Source: Candidatus Kaiserbacteria bacterium (GTDB lineage: Bacteria; Patescibacteriota; Minisyncoccia; Phycocordibacterales; JABAAK01). From it: a DNA stretch of 36,072 nucleotides. The translations under genes and the position numbers were made by a program. The first letter of the stretch is position 1, and every line of letters begins with the position of its first letter. The DNA is taken from NCBI GenBank assembly GCA_014238395.1, contig JABABE010000119.1:1-36072 (forward strand), written 5' to 3'. Shown in pieces: positions 19,080-28,200 of the stretch. The notes beneath the pieces are model-generated. The model worked only from the letters and a program-made list of their open reading frames with translations. It did no database searches and was not told where the DNA came from.

Positions 19080-19685
19080 TTATCTTAAATAGAATTCAAA
19101 AATTGTTGCAAAATCAAATATTGAAGAATCAGAATATACTGGAGATTCTTCCATAGAAATTATAAAATTCTTTTCGTCAAATTTTATAAAATCTGTTGAT
19201 TTTCTAACAGGTTTTGATGAAGTTAATTGGTTAAAAAGAGTGGTTTTTTTGCTCCCCTCTCTAATAGTTACTTTATCTGTTTGTTTCATCTGTCTTGATG
19301 GAACATTTGTTTTTATTCCGTTTACTAAAAAATGTCCATGCGAAACCATTTGTCTTGCCATCCTTCTTGTGTTTATTAAGCCCGAATTGTAAACCACACT
19401 ATCAAGCCTTCTCTCTAATAATTCAAGTAATGCATCTTCTCTTTTTTTTGTTTGATGCTTTAGAGCAGCGGCAACATAGTTCTTTAGTATCTTTTCATTG
19501 ATACCGTAAGAAAAACGTAGTTTCTGTTTTTCGATCAACTGCCTTCCAAAACGTGACATCGGTCTACTGAAACCACTAGATTTAGAATTTTTTTGTTCAC
19601 GGAGAGCAAACTTTGAAGTTTGGCACTTTTCAAATATAGGTGTATTTAATCTTTTGCTTAGTTTGTATTGCTTGACTCTTTTCAT
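19080..19685 (-). CDS. rpsD: 30S ribosomal protein S4
   Basis: I trimmed the tracked ORF (to 19754), which overlaps rpsK by 67 nt. Met 24 at 19685 gives MKRVKQYKLSKRLNTPIF, the normal S4 N-terminus, and sits in the sequence TAATAATG 2 nt after the rpsK stop. S4 domain: RRLDSVVYNSGLINTRRMARQMVSHGHFLVNG. Confidence 0.9.
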   Translation of the reverse strand: MKRVKQYKLSKRLNTPIFEKCQTSKFALREQKNSKSSGFSRPMSRFGRQLIEKQKLRFSYGINEKILKNYVAAALKHQTKKREDALLELLERRLDSVVYNSGLINTRRMARQMVSHGHFLVNGIKTNVPSRQMKQTDKVTIREGSKKTTLFNQLTSSKPVRKSTDFIKFDEKNFIISMEESPVYSDSSIFDFATIFEFYLR

Positions 19686-19687
19686 TA

Positions 19688-20119
19688 TTAAACTCTTCTT
19701 GGTTTTTTCCTTCTTGCTCCGTTGTGTGGTACTGGGGTTTTGTCTTTTATACAAGATATTTCAAATCCTCTATTTACAAAAGAACGTAAAGCAGCCTCTC
19801 TACCTTGCCCAACTCCCTTAACAACAAATTCTAATTCTTTTACACCTATTGATTGTGCTTTCTCTGCTATTACCTCTGAAACCTGAGATGCAGCATAAGG
19901 TGTTCTTTTCCTATTACTGTTAAAACCTAATGATCCTGAAGTTGCCCACATTACAATATTTCCGTTAGTCTCTGTAAATGAAATTTTTGTATTATTATGT
20001 GTAGCTTCTACAAACATAATACCTTTTTGTATTTTTCTCTTAGGAAGCTTTGACAAAGACCTAGAATGCTTGCCTTTATCCGATGATCCTACCTTATTTA
20101 CAGATCTTTTTTTACCCAT
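19688..20119 (-). CDS. rpsK: 30S ribosomal protein S11
   Basis: ATHNNTKISFTETNGNIVMWATSG and DKTPVPHNGARRKKPRRV motifs. Confidence 0.93.
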   Translation of the reverse strand: MGKKRSVNKVGSSDKGKHSRSLSKLPKRKIQKGIMFVEATHNNTKISFTETNGNIVMWATSGSLGFNSNRKRTPYAASQVSEVIAEKAQSIGVKELEFVVKGVGQGREAALRSFVNRGFEISCIKDKTPVPHNGARRKKPRRV

Positions 20120-20125
20120 ATCTTA

Positions 20126-20503
20126 TTATTTCTTTTGTAACTTAGTTTTACCAGATCCCATAGTTTTTCTTTTACCCTTTTTTGTTCTCGCATTTGTTTT
20201 AGTTCGCTGACCTCTGACAGGTGCGCCTATTGTATGTCTTCTTCCACGAAGTGACTGTATATCTTTCAACCTTTTGATATTATTACTATCAAATCTTCTC
20301 AGGTCACCCTCTATTGTTAACTTTTCAATACTCTTCCTAATCAAATTTTCTATATCTTCGTTAAGGTCTACAACTTTGCTTGTAAACTTAATATTGTGCT
20401 CCTGAAGGATCTTTTCTGAAGTCTTTTTTCCAACACCATACACAGAAGTCAAAGCTATGTTGATGTGTTTTTTTTCGGGTATAGTTATTCCTGATATTCT
20501 CAT
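20126..20503 (-). CDS. rpsM: 30S ribosomal protein S13
   Basis: MRISGITIPEKKHINIALTSVYGVGKKTSEKIL and RGQRTKTNARTKKG motifs. Confidence 0.95.
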   Translation of the reverse strand: MRISGITIPEKKHINIALTSVYGVGKKTSEKILQEHNIKFTSKVVDLNEDIENLIRKSIEKLTIEGDLRRFDSNNIKRLKDIQSLRGRRHTIGAPVRGQRTKTNARTKKGKRKTMGSGKTKLQKK

Positions 20504-20506
20504 TGA

Positions 20507-20623
20507 TTATCTTTGTCGTACTTTTCTTTTCGGATTTTGTTTATTTATAAGATACAACTTATTTTTTCTTCGAACAATTTTGTCACCTCTTTCTTTAACT
20601 TTGACAGATGATTTGATTTTCAT
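20507..20623 (-). CDS. rpmJ: 50S ribosomal protein L36, Cys-less (zinc-independent) form; absent from the supplied ORF track because it is under 60 aa
   Basis: Hand translation of the minus strand gives MKIKSSVKVKERGDKIVRRKNKLYLINKQNPKRKVRQR*, 38 aa. It sits exactly in the canonical infA-rpmJ-rpsM slot, with its TAA 3 nt before the rpsM ATG. Confidence 0.85.
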   Translation of the reverse strand: MKIKSSVKVKERGDKIVRRKNKLYLINKQNPKRKVRQR

Positions 20624-20656
20624 AAATATTTTGTATTTTACTGTTTTGGATTTTTT

Positions 20657-20881
20657 TTATAGTCTTTTTATTATTCTAGCTTTTCCTCCATACTTATCGA
20701 TTTCAAGTTCTACTTTATCTCCTATTAGTATTTTTATTCTATGCAATCGTATTTTACCAGATAAATATGCAAGAGTTTCTTTTTTTATGTCTTCTACCAC
20801 AACACGAAACAGAGTATTGGGGAGTGATTCTGTGACAACCCCAATTACACTTTTTTTTTCTTGATCTACATAGTTTGGCAT
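20657..20881 (-). CDS. infA: Translation initiation factor IF-1
   Basis: The S1-like OB fold reads GVVTESLPNTLFRVVVEDIKKETLAYLSGKIRLHRIKILIGDKVELE. 74 aa. Confidence 0.95.
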   Translation of the reverse strand: MPNYVDQEKKSVIGVVTESLPNTLFRVVVEDIKKETLAYLSGKIRLHRIKILIGDKVELEIDKYGGKARIIKRL

Positions 20882-20892
20882 CGTGGTGTTTT

Positions 20893-20922
20893 ATTCTATC
20901 ACATACAATGAAAAACTTGCAA
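20893..20922 (-). promoter_or_regulatory. Putative promoter for infA-rpmJ-rpsM..., with extended -10
   Basis: The minus strand reads TTGCAA, an 18-nt spacer, then TGaTAGAAT. The -10 ends only 11 nt before the infA ATG, which implies a very short leader. Confidence 0.3.
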
Positions 20923-20939
20923 TAGACGGTTTTTGTACT

Positions 20940-21581
20940 CTATTGGTTGTTTTTTCTCCATTTCAAGATGTTTTTGTGATTACCGGATATTAAAATTTTT
21001 GGTACACTAAACTTTTTTCCTTTGTATGTTATAGAATATGGCCTAGTATATACTTTTTTTGTTGAAATTCTTGAGTGTTCTAGAGAATTTTTATTACCTA
21101 AAACTCCAGAAATTTCTCTTGTTACAGAATCAATTACTACAAGGGCAGGTAATTCACCTCCTGTTAATATATAATCACCTATTGAAAGACCAACTGCTTT
21201 TGTTGCAGTTTTAACTCTATAATCTACTCCTTCATAATGCCCACAAATTAAAATTATATGCTTATAATTATTAGCAAAATCTTTTGCTTTTTGTGCAGAG
21301 AATTTATGTCCACAAGCTTCAAAAAAAATTGTAAGGACATTTTTTTTTCTTCCCAGCGCTTTTTTGTATGCCTGCAGAACAGGTGATGCCTCAAGAACCA
21401 TGCCAGGTCCTCCACCATATGGCCTGTCATCTACTCGTTTGTTTTCAATTTTTTTATAATCCATCGGATTATAAAAAGAAAAAGATATTTTTTTCTTTTC
21501 CTTTGCTTTTTTAATGATTGAGGAATTCAAATAACTTTTAATAGAATCTGGAAACAACGTGATTATATGAATCCCAATCAT
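20940..21581 (-). CDS. trmD: tRNA (guanine37-N1)-methyltransferase
   Basis: ITLFPDSI, DDRPYGGGPGMVL, GHYEGVDYRV and SGNHKNILKWR motifs. 213 aa. Confidence 0.92.
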   Translation of the reverse strand: MIGIHIITLFPDSIKSYLNSSIIKKAKEKKKISFSFYNPMDYKKIENKRVDDRPYGGGPGMVLEASPVLQAYKKALGRKKNVLTIFFEACGHKFSAQKAKDFANNYKHIILICGHYEGVDYRVKTATKAVGLSIGDYILTGGELPALVVIDSVTREISGVLGNKNSLEHSRISTKKVYTRPYSITYKGKKFSVPKILISGNHKNILKWRKNNQ

Positions 21582-21603
21582 TTTTATTTATTTTTGTAAA
21601 AAC

Positions 21604-21867
21604 TTATTTTGAGTTTTTATCACCAGGTTCACTAATAACAACACCAATTTTTTGATCTGTTTTTCCTCCGTAAGCGTGCATAATAGATCTTATAGATTCT
21701 GCCATCTTTCCTCCCATACCTATAATCTTACCCATATCAGATTCTGCTACGAAAATAGTTAATTTGGTTCCTTTACTATCTTGTTCTTGTGTTACACGAA
21801 CTTCGTCTTCTTTCTCAACGACATTCTTAACAATCATCTCTAAATAATTTGCTTCTTTGTTTTCCAT
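21604..21867 (-). CDS. Small KH-domain RNA-binding protein (YlqC/UPF0109-like)
   Basis: GKIIGMGGKMAESIRSIM is a GxxG KH motif. 87 aa. Conserved position between rpsP and trmD. Confidence 0.75.
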   Translation of the reverse strand: MENKEANYLEMIVKNVVEKEDEVRVTQEQDSKGTKLTIFVAESDMGKIIGMGGKMAESIRSIMHAYGGKTDQKIGVVISEPGDKNSK

Positions 21868-21911
21868 ACTTTTATTTAATTTAATTAATCAGGTTATATT
21901 TGATAAAACAA

Positions 21912-22334
21912 CTATTCACCTTTTTCTGATTTTGGTGCCTCGGAATCATCTTCCCCAGAATCAGCTATGGGTTCTTGTATCGTATCACCTGTTTCTTTTT
22001 CTTCTGATTGTTCTTTTTTTACAGTATTATCTTCTTTTTTATCTTCCGTTTCTTTTTTTATTGGCGTCTTTTTTGGTAATACATTTTTCTTCTTTCCTTC
22101 TATTATTTTTTCAGATACAAAAAGATTATGCGATGTATCAGACATCATGGCACCTTGTTTTATCCAGTATAAAACCCTATCTTTATTTATACCTTTTGTC
22201 TTTTCGATTGGATTATAAAAGCCAAGTTTTTCTATAAACTTTCCGCTTTTTGGTCCTATTGTTGATTGAGCTACTATGATTCTAAAGGATGGGTTTTTCC
22301 TTCTTCCTATTCTCTGAAATCTAATCTTTAACAT
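21912..22334 (-). CDS. rpsP: 30S ribosomal protein S16 with a ~60-aa K/E/D-rich C-terminal tail
   Basis: I trimmed the tracked ORF (to 22373) to Met 14 at 22334. This gives MLKIRFQRIGRRKNPSFRIIVAQS, the canonical S16 start. The tail reads KKKNVLPKKTPIKKETEDKKEDNTVKKEQSEEKETGD... Confidence 0.9.
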   Translation of the reverse strand: MLKIRFQRIGRRKNPSFRIIVAQSTIGPKSGKFIEKLGFYNPIEKTKGINKDRVLYWIKQGAMMSDTSHNLFVSEKIIEGKKKNVLPKKTPIKKETEDKKEDNTVKKEQSEEKETGDTIQEPIADSGEDDSEAPKSEKGE

Positions 22335-22369
22335 AGGTCTATTATACATTAAATTTAATAAAATGTATA

Positions 22370-23626
22370 TCAATAATTTTTAAAATATTTTAAGTTTTTA
22401 TGTTCCTTTAATTTTTCCAATGCTTTGGATTCCACCTGTCTAACTCTCTCTCGAGTGACACCAAACACTTTACCAATTTGCTCCAATGTTAATACTTTAT
22501 TGTCTTTTATTCCATATCTCAATTCAATAATTCTTCTTTCTTTAGGCGTTAAAATATCTAAAAAATCATCCCCAATTTTTTCTTTTAATATAGACTGTGC
22601 GGCAAAATCAAAAGGTGAAACCTGATTGTCGTCTGGAATAATCTCTGAAATTGAAATTGTATCATCTTCCATTGATTGTTTTATAGGTTGGTCTAATGAC
22701 CTTGTTTGTTGATCTGTTTTCTTTATCAAATCAATTTTTTCTGTAGAAATCCCCATCTCGCTTGCTATTTCCTGAACTAATGGCTGTCTACCAAGATCTT
22801 GCTGAAGCTGATTAGTAACTTTCAAATACTTGTTTATTGTTTCTGTCATATGTACAGGTCTCCTGATTGTATTCTGTTGGTCTGCTATTGCCCTTGTTAT
22901 TGATTGTCTAATCCAGCAACACGCATATGTTGAAAATTTATACCCCAACCGATGATCAAACCGATCCACAGCTTTATACAAACCGTTTGTTGCCTCTTGT
23001 ATTAAATCTAACAAAGTTAGATGACTGTTTTTTTTCATATACTTTTTGGCAAAACTAACTGCGAGTCTCAAGTTATGTAATACCATTTTTTCACGAGCTG
23101 CCTTATCTTTCTTTTTAATTCTCTTACTTAGTTCAATCTCCTCCTCTGGCTTCAAAAGTGGGTATCTACCGATGTCTTTTAGGTACATTTGTACTGAATC
23201 CTGCTTTGGTTGAGGTAAACTTTTTTTTCCTGAATATCTTTCATTTCTCAATATATCTACTTTTTCCGAAAGAATATGCAAATCACCCAAAACATCAAGC
23301 TTTTTATCTCTAATAAATTTTAGTACCTGATTTTTGTATTTTCTATCAGTAGATATTTTTGGCAACATTGTGTTTATTTCATCTATTTCTATGTATCCTG
23401 TAGTTTGCTTTTTCTTTATTAGTCCGTTAAGTCTTCTTAAATCTAATTTGTCTAACAATGAGATATCAATCTCTTTTATTTGTTTTGCAACTTTTTTTTT
23501 GGCAGATTTCTTTTTAACAATCTTTTTTTTTACAACTTTTTTTTTGGTAGATTTTTTTTTAACAATCTTTTTTTTAGTAACTTTTTTAATTATCTTTTTT
23601 TTCTTGTTTATTTTTGCTTTAATCAT
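22370..23626 (-). CDS. rpoD: Primary (group 1-like) sigma-70 factor with a poly-lysine N-terminal extension
   Basis: A region 1.1-like segment ([13 protein letters not shown]). Region 1.2 ([14 protein letters not shown]). Region 2 ([44 protein letters not shown]). Region 3 is present. Region 4 ([28 protein letters not shown]). 8-nt overlap with the dnaG stop. Confidence 0.93.
   Translation of the reverse strand: MIKAKINKKKKIIKKVTKKKIVKKKSTKKKVVKKKIVKKKSAKKKVAKQIKEIDISLLDKLDLRRLNGLIKKKQTTGYIEIDEINTMLPKISTDRKYKNQVLKFIRDKKLDVLGDLHILSEKVDILRNERYSGKKSLPQPKQDSVQMYLKDIGRYPLLKPEEEIELSKRIKKKDKAAREKMVLHNLRLAVSFAKKYMKKNSHLTLLDLIQEATNGLYKAVDRFDHRLGYKFSTYACCWIRQSITRAIADQQNTIRRPVHMTETINKYLKVTNQLQQDLGRQPLVQEIASEMGISTEKIDLIKKTDQQTRSLDQPIKQSMEDDTISISEIIPDDNQVSPFDFAAQSILKEKIGDDFLDILTPKERRIIELRYGIKDNKVLTLEQIGKVFGVTRERVRQVESKALEKLKEHKNLKYFKNY
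23488..23577 (-). repeat. Two tandem 45-nt copies (plus a degenerate third) inside the rpoD 5' coding region
   Basis: The plus strand has CAACTTTTTTTTTGGCAGATTTCTTTTTAACAATCTTTTTTTTTTA at 23488 and CAACTTTTTTTTTGGTAGATTTTTTTTTAACAATCTTTTTTTTAG at 23533. They encode the 15-aa units [15 protein letters not shown] and [15 protein letters not shown]. Confidence 0.8.
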
Positions 23627-25295
23627 TATAAGACAATTTATTCAGCTTTTGCAGTTTCTTTTGTATATTCTCCCATTCTTTATTTAGGTTGTCAAGTTTA
23701 GTCAAATCAACCCAATCTTTTTCTCCTGATATATGTAGTAATGTTTTTTTATAGTGATTAAATAAAAATCTTTTTGCATTTTTAAAAATTTCAAGATCAA
23801 TATTAAAATTATTTGTAGAGTTTGATATCTCAAAAACAAATTCACTGATTTTTGATTTATTGTAAACAACAAGTTTGCACTCTTTTAATTCTTCCAAAAG
23901 TTTGTGTGTATTTTGTGAAAGTGAGATTTGTTTTTCTTTAGCATAATCTACAAATTGATTTATCTGTTCAAACAGTTTATCGTTATTTGAATCTTTCTTT
24001 AGATTGTTTGTAATGAAATTTCTCTCATACTCATCGCCAGTAGAACATAAAGATATACGTTTTTTTATAGAATCACAAGAAATATTACAGCACAAAGATA
24101 CACTTTGAATATATTTTTCTTTTAGCATGTCGTTTTCTGTGATTGAAATTAACGGTATTATGTATTCTTGTACCTGAGCTATCATGTCAGTTTCGTTTTT
24201 CGATTTTTTTTGGATTTTTTGCAATAAAAATTCAACAATTGTTTTTGCTGTTTTTATTTGTTCATACCAATTTTCCTTGTTTTCCAAAATAACATCAGCT
24301 GGATCTTTGCCGTTCTCTAAATCCAAAACTTTTACATCCATAGACATCTCTAAGGCCATCTTTGATGTTTTTATTGTTGCAAATATACCAGAAGCATCTC
24401 CATCAAAAGCAATTATTATTTTATTTGATATGTTTTTTAATATTTGAAGATGCTCTTTTGTTACTCCAGTGCCAGAAGACGCGACTGTGTTTTGAAATTT
24501 TGTTTCATGAGCCATAATTACATCCAAATACCCTTCTGTTAAAATTGAAAAATTATGTTTTTTAATATGTGTTTTTGCCTTATATAATCCGTACAAAAAT
24601 CTGGATTTATGATATAAATCAGTCTCTGGAGAATTTATGTACTTTGATTGTTTTTTATTTTCCTCATAAATTCTACCGGCAAAGCCAACTAATAAACTGT
24701 TTGAGTTTCTTAATGGAAAAATTATTCTGTTTTTAAATCTGTCATACGAACCAGCGTCTTTTAGACAAATTAATCCAGACATTGCTATTGATTCTCTTGT
24801 GTAATTTAAATTATCTGTACAATAATTAAATAAATTAGGAGCAAAACCAATTTCCCATTTGTCAATTATACTGCTATCAATCCCTCTGCTTTTTAGGTAG
24901 GTGACTACTTTTTCATTAACTTGTTTTTTATACAGAATTAACGCACTTTCCAATATATCTGATAAATGTTTTTTATTTTTATTATAATCAGTATTTTTAT
25001 TTTCAAATTTAGTTATATCAATACCAACTTTTTGTGAAATTATCTCTAGGGATTTTATGAAATCCACCCCTTCCATTTTTTGTACAAATGTAAATATATC
25101 TCCACCTTGCTGTGTAGAAAAACAATAATAGACACCTTTGTCAGGAGAAACATAAAAAGATGGAGTTTTTTCAGAACTAAAAGGAGACAGTCCTTTGTAT
25201 TTGTTTCCATCTGGTTTTAATTTTGTATAATATGAAATTATGTCTACTATATTAGTACGACTTAAAATTTCCTCCTTTACAGCATCAACATTCAT
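23619..25295 (-). CDS. dnaG: DNA primase DnaG (zinc-ribbon ligands degenerate)
   Basis: The N-terminal primase zinc-ribbon-like segment is [41 protein letters not shown] motifs are LTEGYLDVI and [10 protein letters not shown]. 558 aa. The ATG directly abuts the rpoC stop. Confidence 0.9.
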   Translation of the reverse strand: MNVDAVKEEILSRTNIVDIISYYTKLKPDGNKYKGLSPFSSEKTPSFYVSPDKGVYYCFSTQQGGDIFTFVQKMEGVDFIKSLEIISQKVGIDITKFENKNTDYNKNKKHLSDILESALILYKKQVNEKVVTYLKSRGIDSSIIDKWEIGFAPNLFNYCTDNLNYTRESIAMSGLICLKDAGSYDRFKNRIIFPLRNSNSLLVGFAGRIYEENKKQSKYINSPETDLYHKSRFLYGLYKAKTHIKKHNFSILTEGYLDVIMAHETKFQNTVASSGTGVTKEHLQILKNISNKIIIAFDGDASGIFATIKTSKMALEMSMDVKVLDLENGKDPADVILENKENWYEQIKTAKTIVEFLLQKIQKKSKNETDMIAQVQEYIIPLISITENDMLKEKYIQSVSLCCNISCDSIKKRISLCSTGDEYERNFITNNLKKDSNNDKLFEQINQFVDYAKEKQISLSQNTHKLLEELKECKLVVYNKSKISEFVFEISNSTNNFNIDLEIFKNAKRFLFNHYKKTLLHISGEKDWVDLTKLDNLNKEWENIQKKLQKLNKLSYND

Positions 25296-28200
25296 TTATT
25301 CCTTTTTGAGTTCCAATTTTCTTTTATATTCTTCTTCATCTTCTGCAATCTTTGCTCTAACTTTTTCAATCATTTTATATTTTTGAGATCCTTTGAATGC
25401 GGTTCCTATCGGTACTAATCTACCAGTCATAACATTTGACTTCAAATCATCTAGATAATCTTTACTTCCCTTTACTGCTGCTTGAAGCAATATGTTTGTC
25501 GTACCTTCAAAAGATGCAGTGGAAAGGAAACTGTCTCTTGACTTTGGAATATTCGGAAGACCAAGTATGATTTCTTTTGTCTTCATAGGAGTTCTTCCTT
25601 CTTTTTTAATATTTTCGTTTGCAGAACTAGCTGTATCAGCTTCTATAATATCTCCCGCTGTGTATATAGAATCACCTGAATCTACAATCTCCACTCTTGA
25701 AAACATTTGTTTAATAATAATTTCTAAATGAACAGGAGAGAGCTCTATACCTTGCAGTTCATATATTTTTGTTACTTCATCAAAAATGTATTTTTGTGTA
25801 TTTTCTTTTCCTGTGATTTCAAAAAGAGAATCCAAGTTTGCTGAACCATCAGTTAACATATCTTCTTTATTAATTTTATCACCCACCTTAACTTTTATCT
25901 GTCTTGTTGCGGGTATAACAAAGTCACAAATAGTTTTTTCTTTACCATCTTCTTTAGAATCTTTTTCAATATATATTGTATTAAATTTGTATTTATTTTT
26001 TGAAATATCTATAACCTTACCAGAGACATCAGACAAGATCATCTCTGCTTTTGGATTTCTTTTGTCTAATAATTCAAGAACACGTGGAAGACCTGCAGTT
26101 ATGTCACCACCAATTGATGAAATACCACCTGCATGAAATACTCTCATGGTCAATTGGGTTCCCGGCTGTCCAATAGAAAGCGCTGCATTTGTACCAGCAG
26201 GTTCCCCAAGATCAATTAATTTGTCCGTGGTATTGTCAATTCCATAACATCTCTGACAAATTCCTTTCTTACTCTTACACGAAAGCGGTGATCTAACTGT
26301 AACTTTGTCTATGCTTTCGTCAAGTGATATTATTTCTGCTTGTTCTTTTGAAATCATTTCGTTTTTCTTTACAATAGTCTTTTTATTTTTACCTACAACA
26401 TCATTTGTTGTATATCTTCCGTAAACTCTATTCAAGAAAGATATTTCTATTCCAGATTTTGTTTTCCTGGTCAATTCAAATCCTTTGGTTGATTTGCAAT
26501 TTTCTTCTACTATTACTACTTCCTGAGCAACATCAAACAGTCGACGAGAGAAGTACCCTGCATTCGATGTCTTTAGTGACTTGTCTACGAGCCCTTTTCT
26601 TCCACCATAAGAGTTAATAAAATACTCAATAGAATTTAGTCCATATTTATAACAAGATACAATCGGGTGTTCAAGTACCTCACCTGTAGAAGAAGTTATT
26701 GAACCTATTAATCCAACAACTTGAGCCAATTGTTCTATACTTCCACGGGCACCAGATAATATCATATCTATGATAGAGTTTTGGGATGTGTATTTTGAAA
26801 GAATGTCATTTTTAATATCATCTCTTACTTTTCTCCAATTCTCTATATTTATTCTGGCTCTTTCTTGTTTTGATATGAGTCCTTTTGTGTGAAAATCTAT
26901 ATTTTTATGGTAAGTTTTCCACCCATCATTTACACGAGAATCCAAATCATCTGCTTGTAATAAATCTGTCCAGGCAAATGTAGTACCTGATTTTGTTGCA
27001 TATTCAAATCCAAATGATTTTATACTGTCAAAAAGAGGTACTGTTCTTTCTCTTCCTATTGTGTCCATACAGTGGTTGATAATATCAGTAATCTTTTTTT
27101 TGTTTACTGTTTCGTTAATAAAATCAATTTCATCTGGAAATATCTCATTAAACAAAATTCTACCAACACTTGTATCTAACAAAGCATTGTTATATTTCTT
27201 GTATTTACCCGATGCATCTTTGTCTGTTATAGATATTTTGATTCTATCCGTTAATTTAATAACTTTGTCTTCACACGCAACAATAGCTTCATCTATTGAT
27301 GAAAAGTATTTAATATTTTTTTCTTCTGTGTCAGAAATCACAGTTGTCGTATAACAGCCTAGTGCCATATCATGCGAATTAGGGTTAGATATTATCTCGC
27401 CACTTGCTGGATCTATAATATTATTTTTTGCATTCATTATATATTTAGCCTCAGCTTGTGCTTCTGATGTTAGTGGAAGATACACAACCATATTATCACC
27501 ATCGAAGTCTGCAGCAAAAGCGGCACAAACAAGAGGGCTCAATTCTATTGATATACCCTCCACTAAAATAGGTTTGAAAGACTGTGCTCCCAACTTATGC
27601 AATGTAGGTTGCCTATTTAAAATTACATATTTTCCCTCAATTACATTTTCAAGAACATCCCATATTTCAGGTGCTTCATCATCTATCATTTTATTTGCAT
27701 TTCGCATATTGTATGCCAAATCCTTTTTAATTAATTCAGAAATTATAAAAGGTTTGAATAACTCTAATGCAATTTTTTTAGGGAGACCACATTCATCTAA
27801 TTTAAGATTCGGTCCTACAACAATAACACTTCGTGCACTATAATCAACTCTCTTACCCATTAAGTTTGCTCTAAAATATCCTTGTTTTCTACCAAGGTAT
27901 TCTGCCAAAGATTTTGTAGGCTTTGTTTGTAATTTATATGAAGTTGCTCCAGCTGCATTCAATGATCCGATTGAATTATCAAAAAGAGCATCCACAGCTT
28001 CTTGTAATATTCTCTGCTCATTTTTTAAAATAACTTCTGGTGCATCTCTTTCAATTAATTCTTTTAGTCTATTATTTCTAGTAATAACAGCTCTATACAA
28101 ATCTGTTAGATCAGAGCTTGCAAAACGACCACCGTCAAGTGCAACAATCGGTCGCAGGCCTGGTGGAAGTACAGGTAATACTGTTACAAACATCCACTCT

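Noticed and set aside
19686-19754. N-terminal 23-aa extension of the rpsD ORF overlapping rpsK. A similar 13-aa extension of rpsP lies at 22335-22373.
   Set aside because: The internal Met codons give the canonical S4 and S16 N-termini and remove the overlaps, so the extensions are just open upstream frame.
20457-20864. 135-aa plus-strand ORF spanning the rpsM start, rpmJ and infA on the opposite strand.
   Set aside because: It is antisense to three conserved genes. The real small gene here is rpmJ on the minus strand.
23334-23701. Plus-strand ORFs of 117 and 73 aa, rich in Phe/Leu, over the rpoD 5' region. A similar 126-aa ORF lies at 21857-22237 over the rpsP tail.
   Set aside because: They are the reverse complement of poly-Lys/Glu coding (AAA/AAG/GAA becomes TTT/CTT/TTC). 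This is an artefact of low-complexity sequence.
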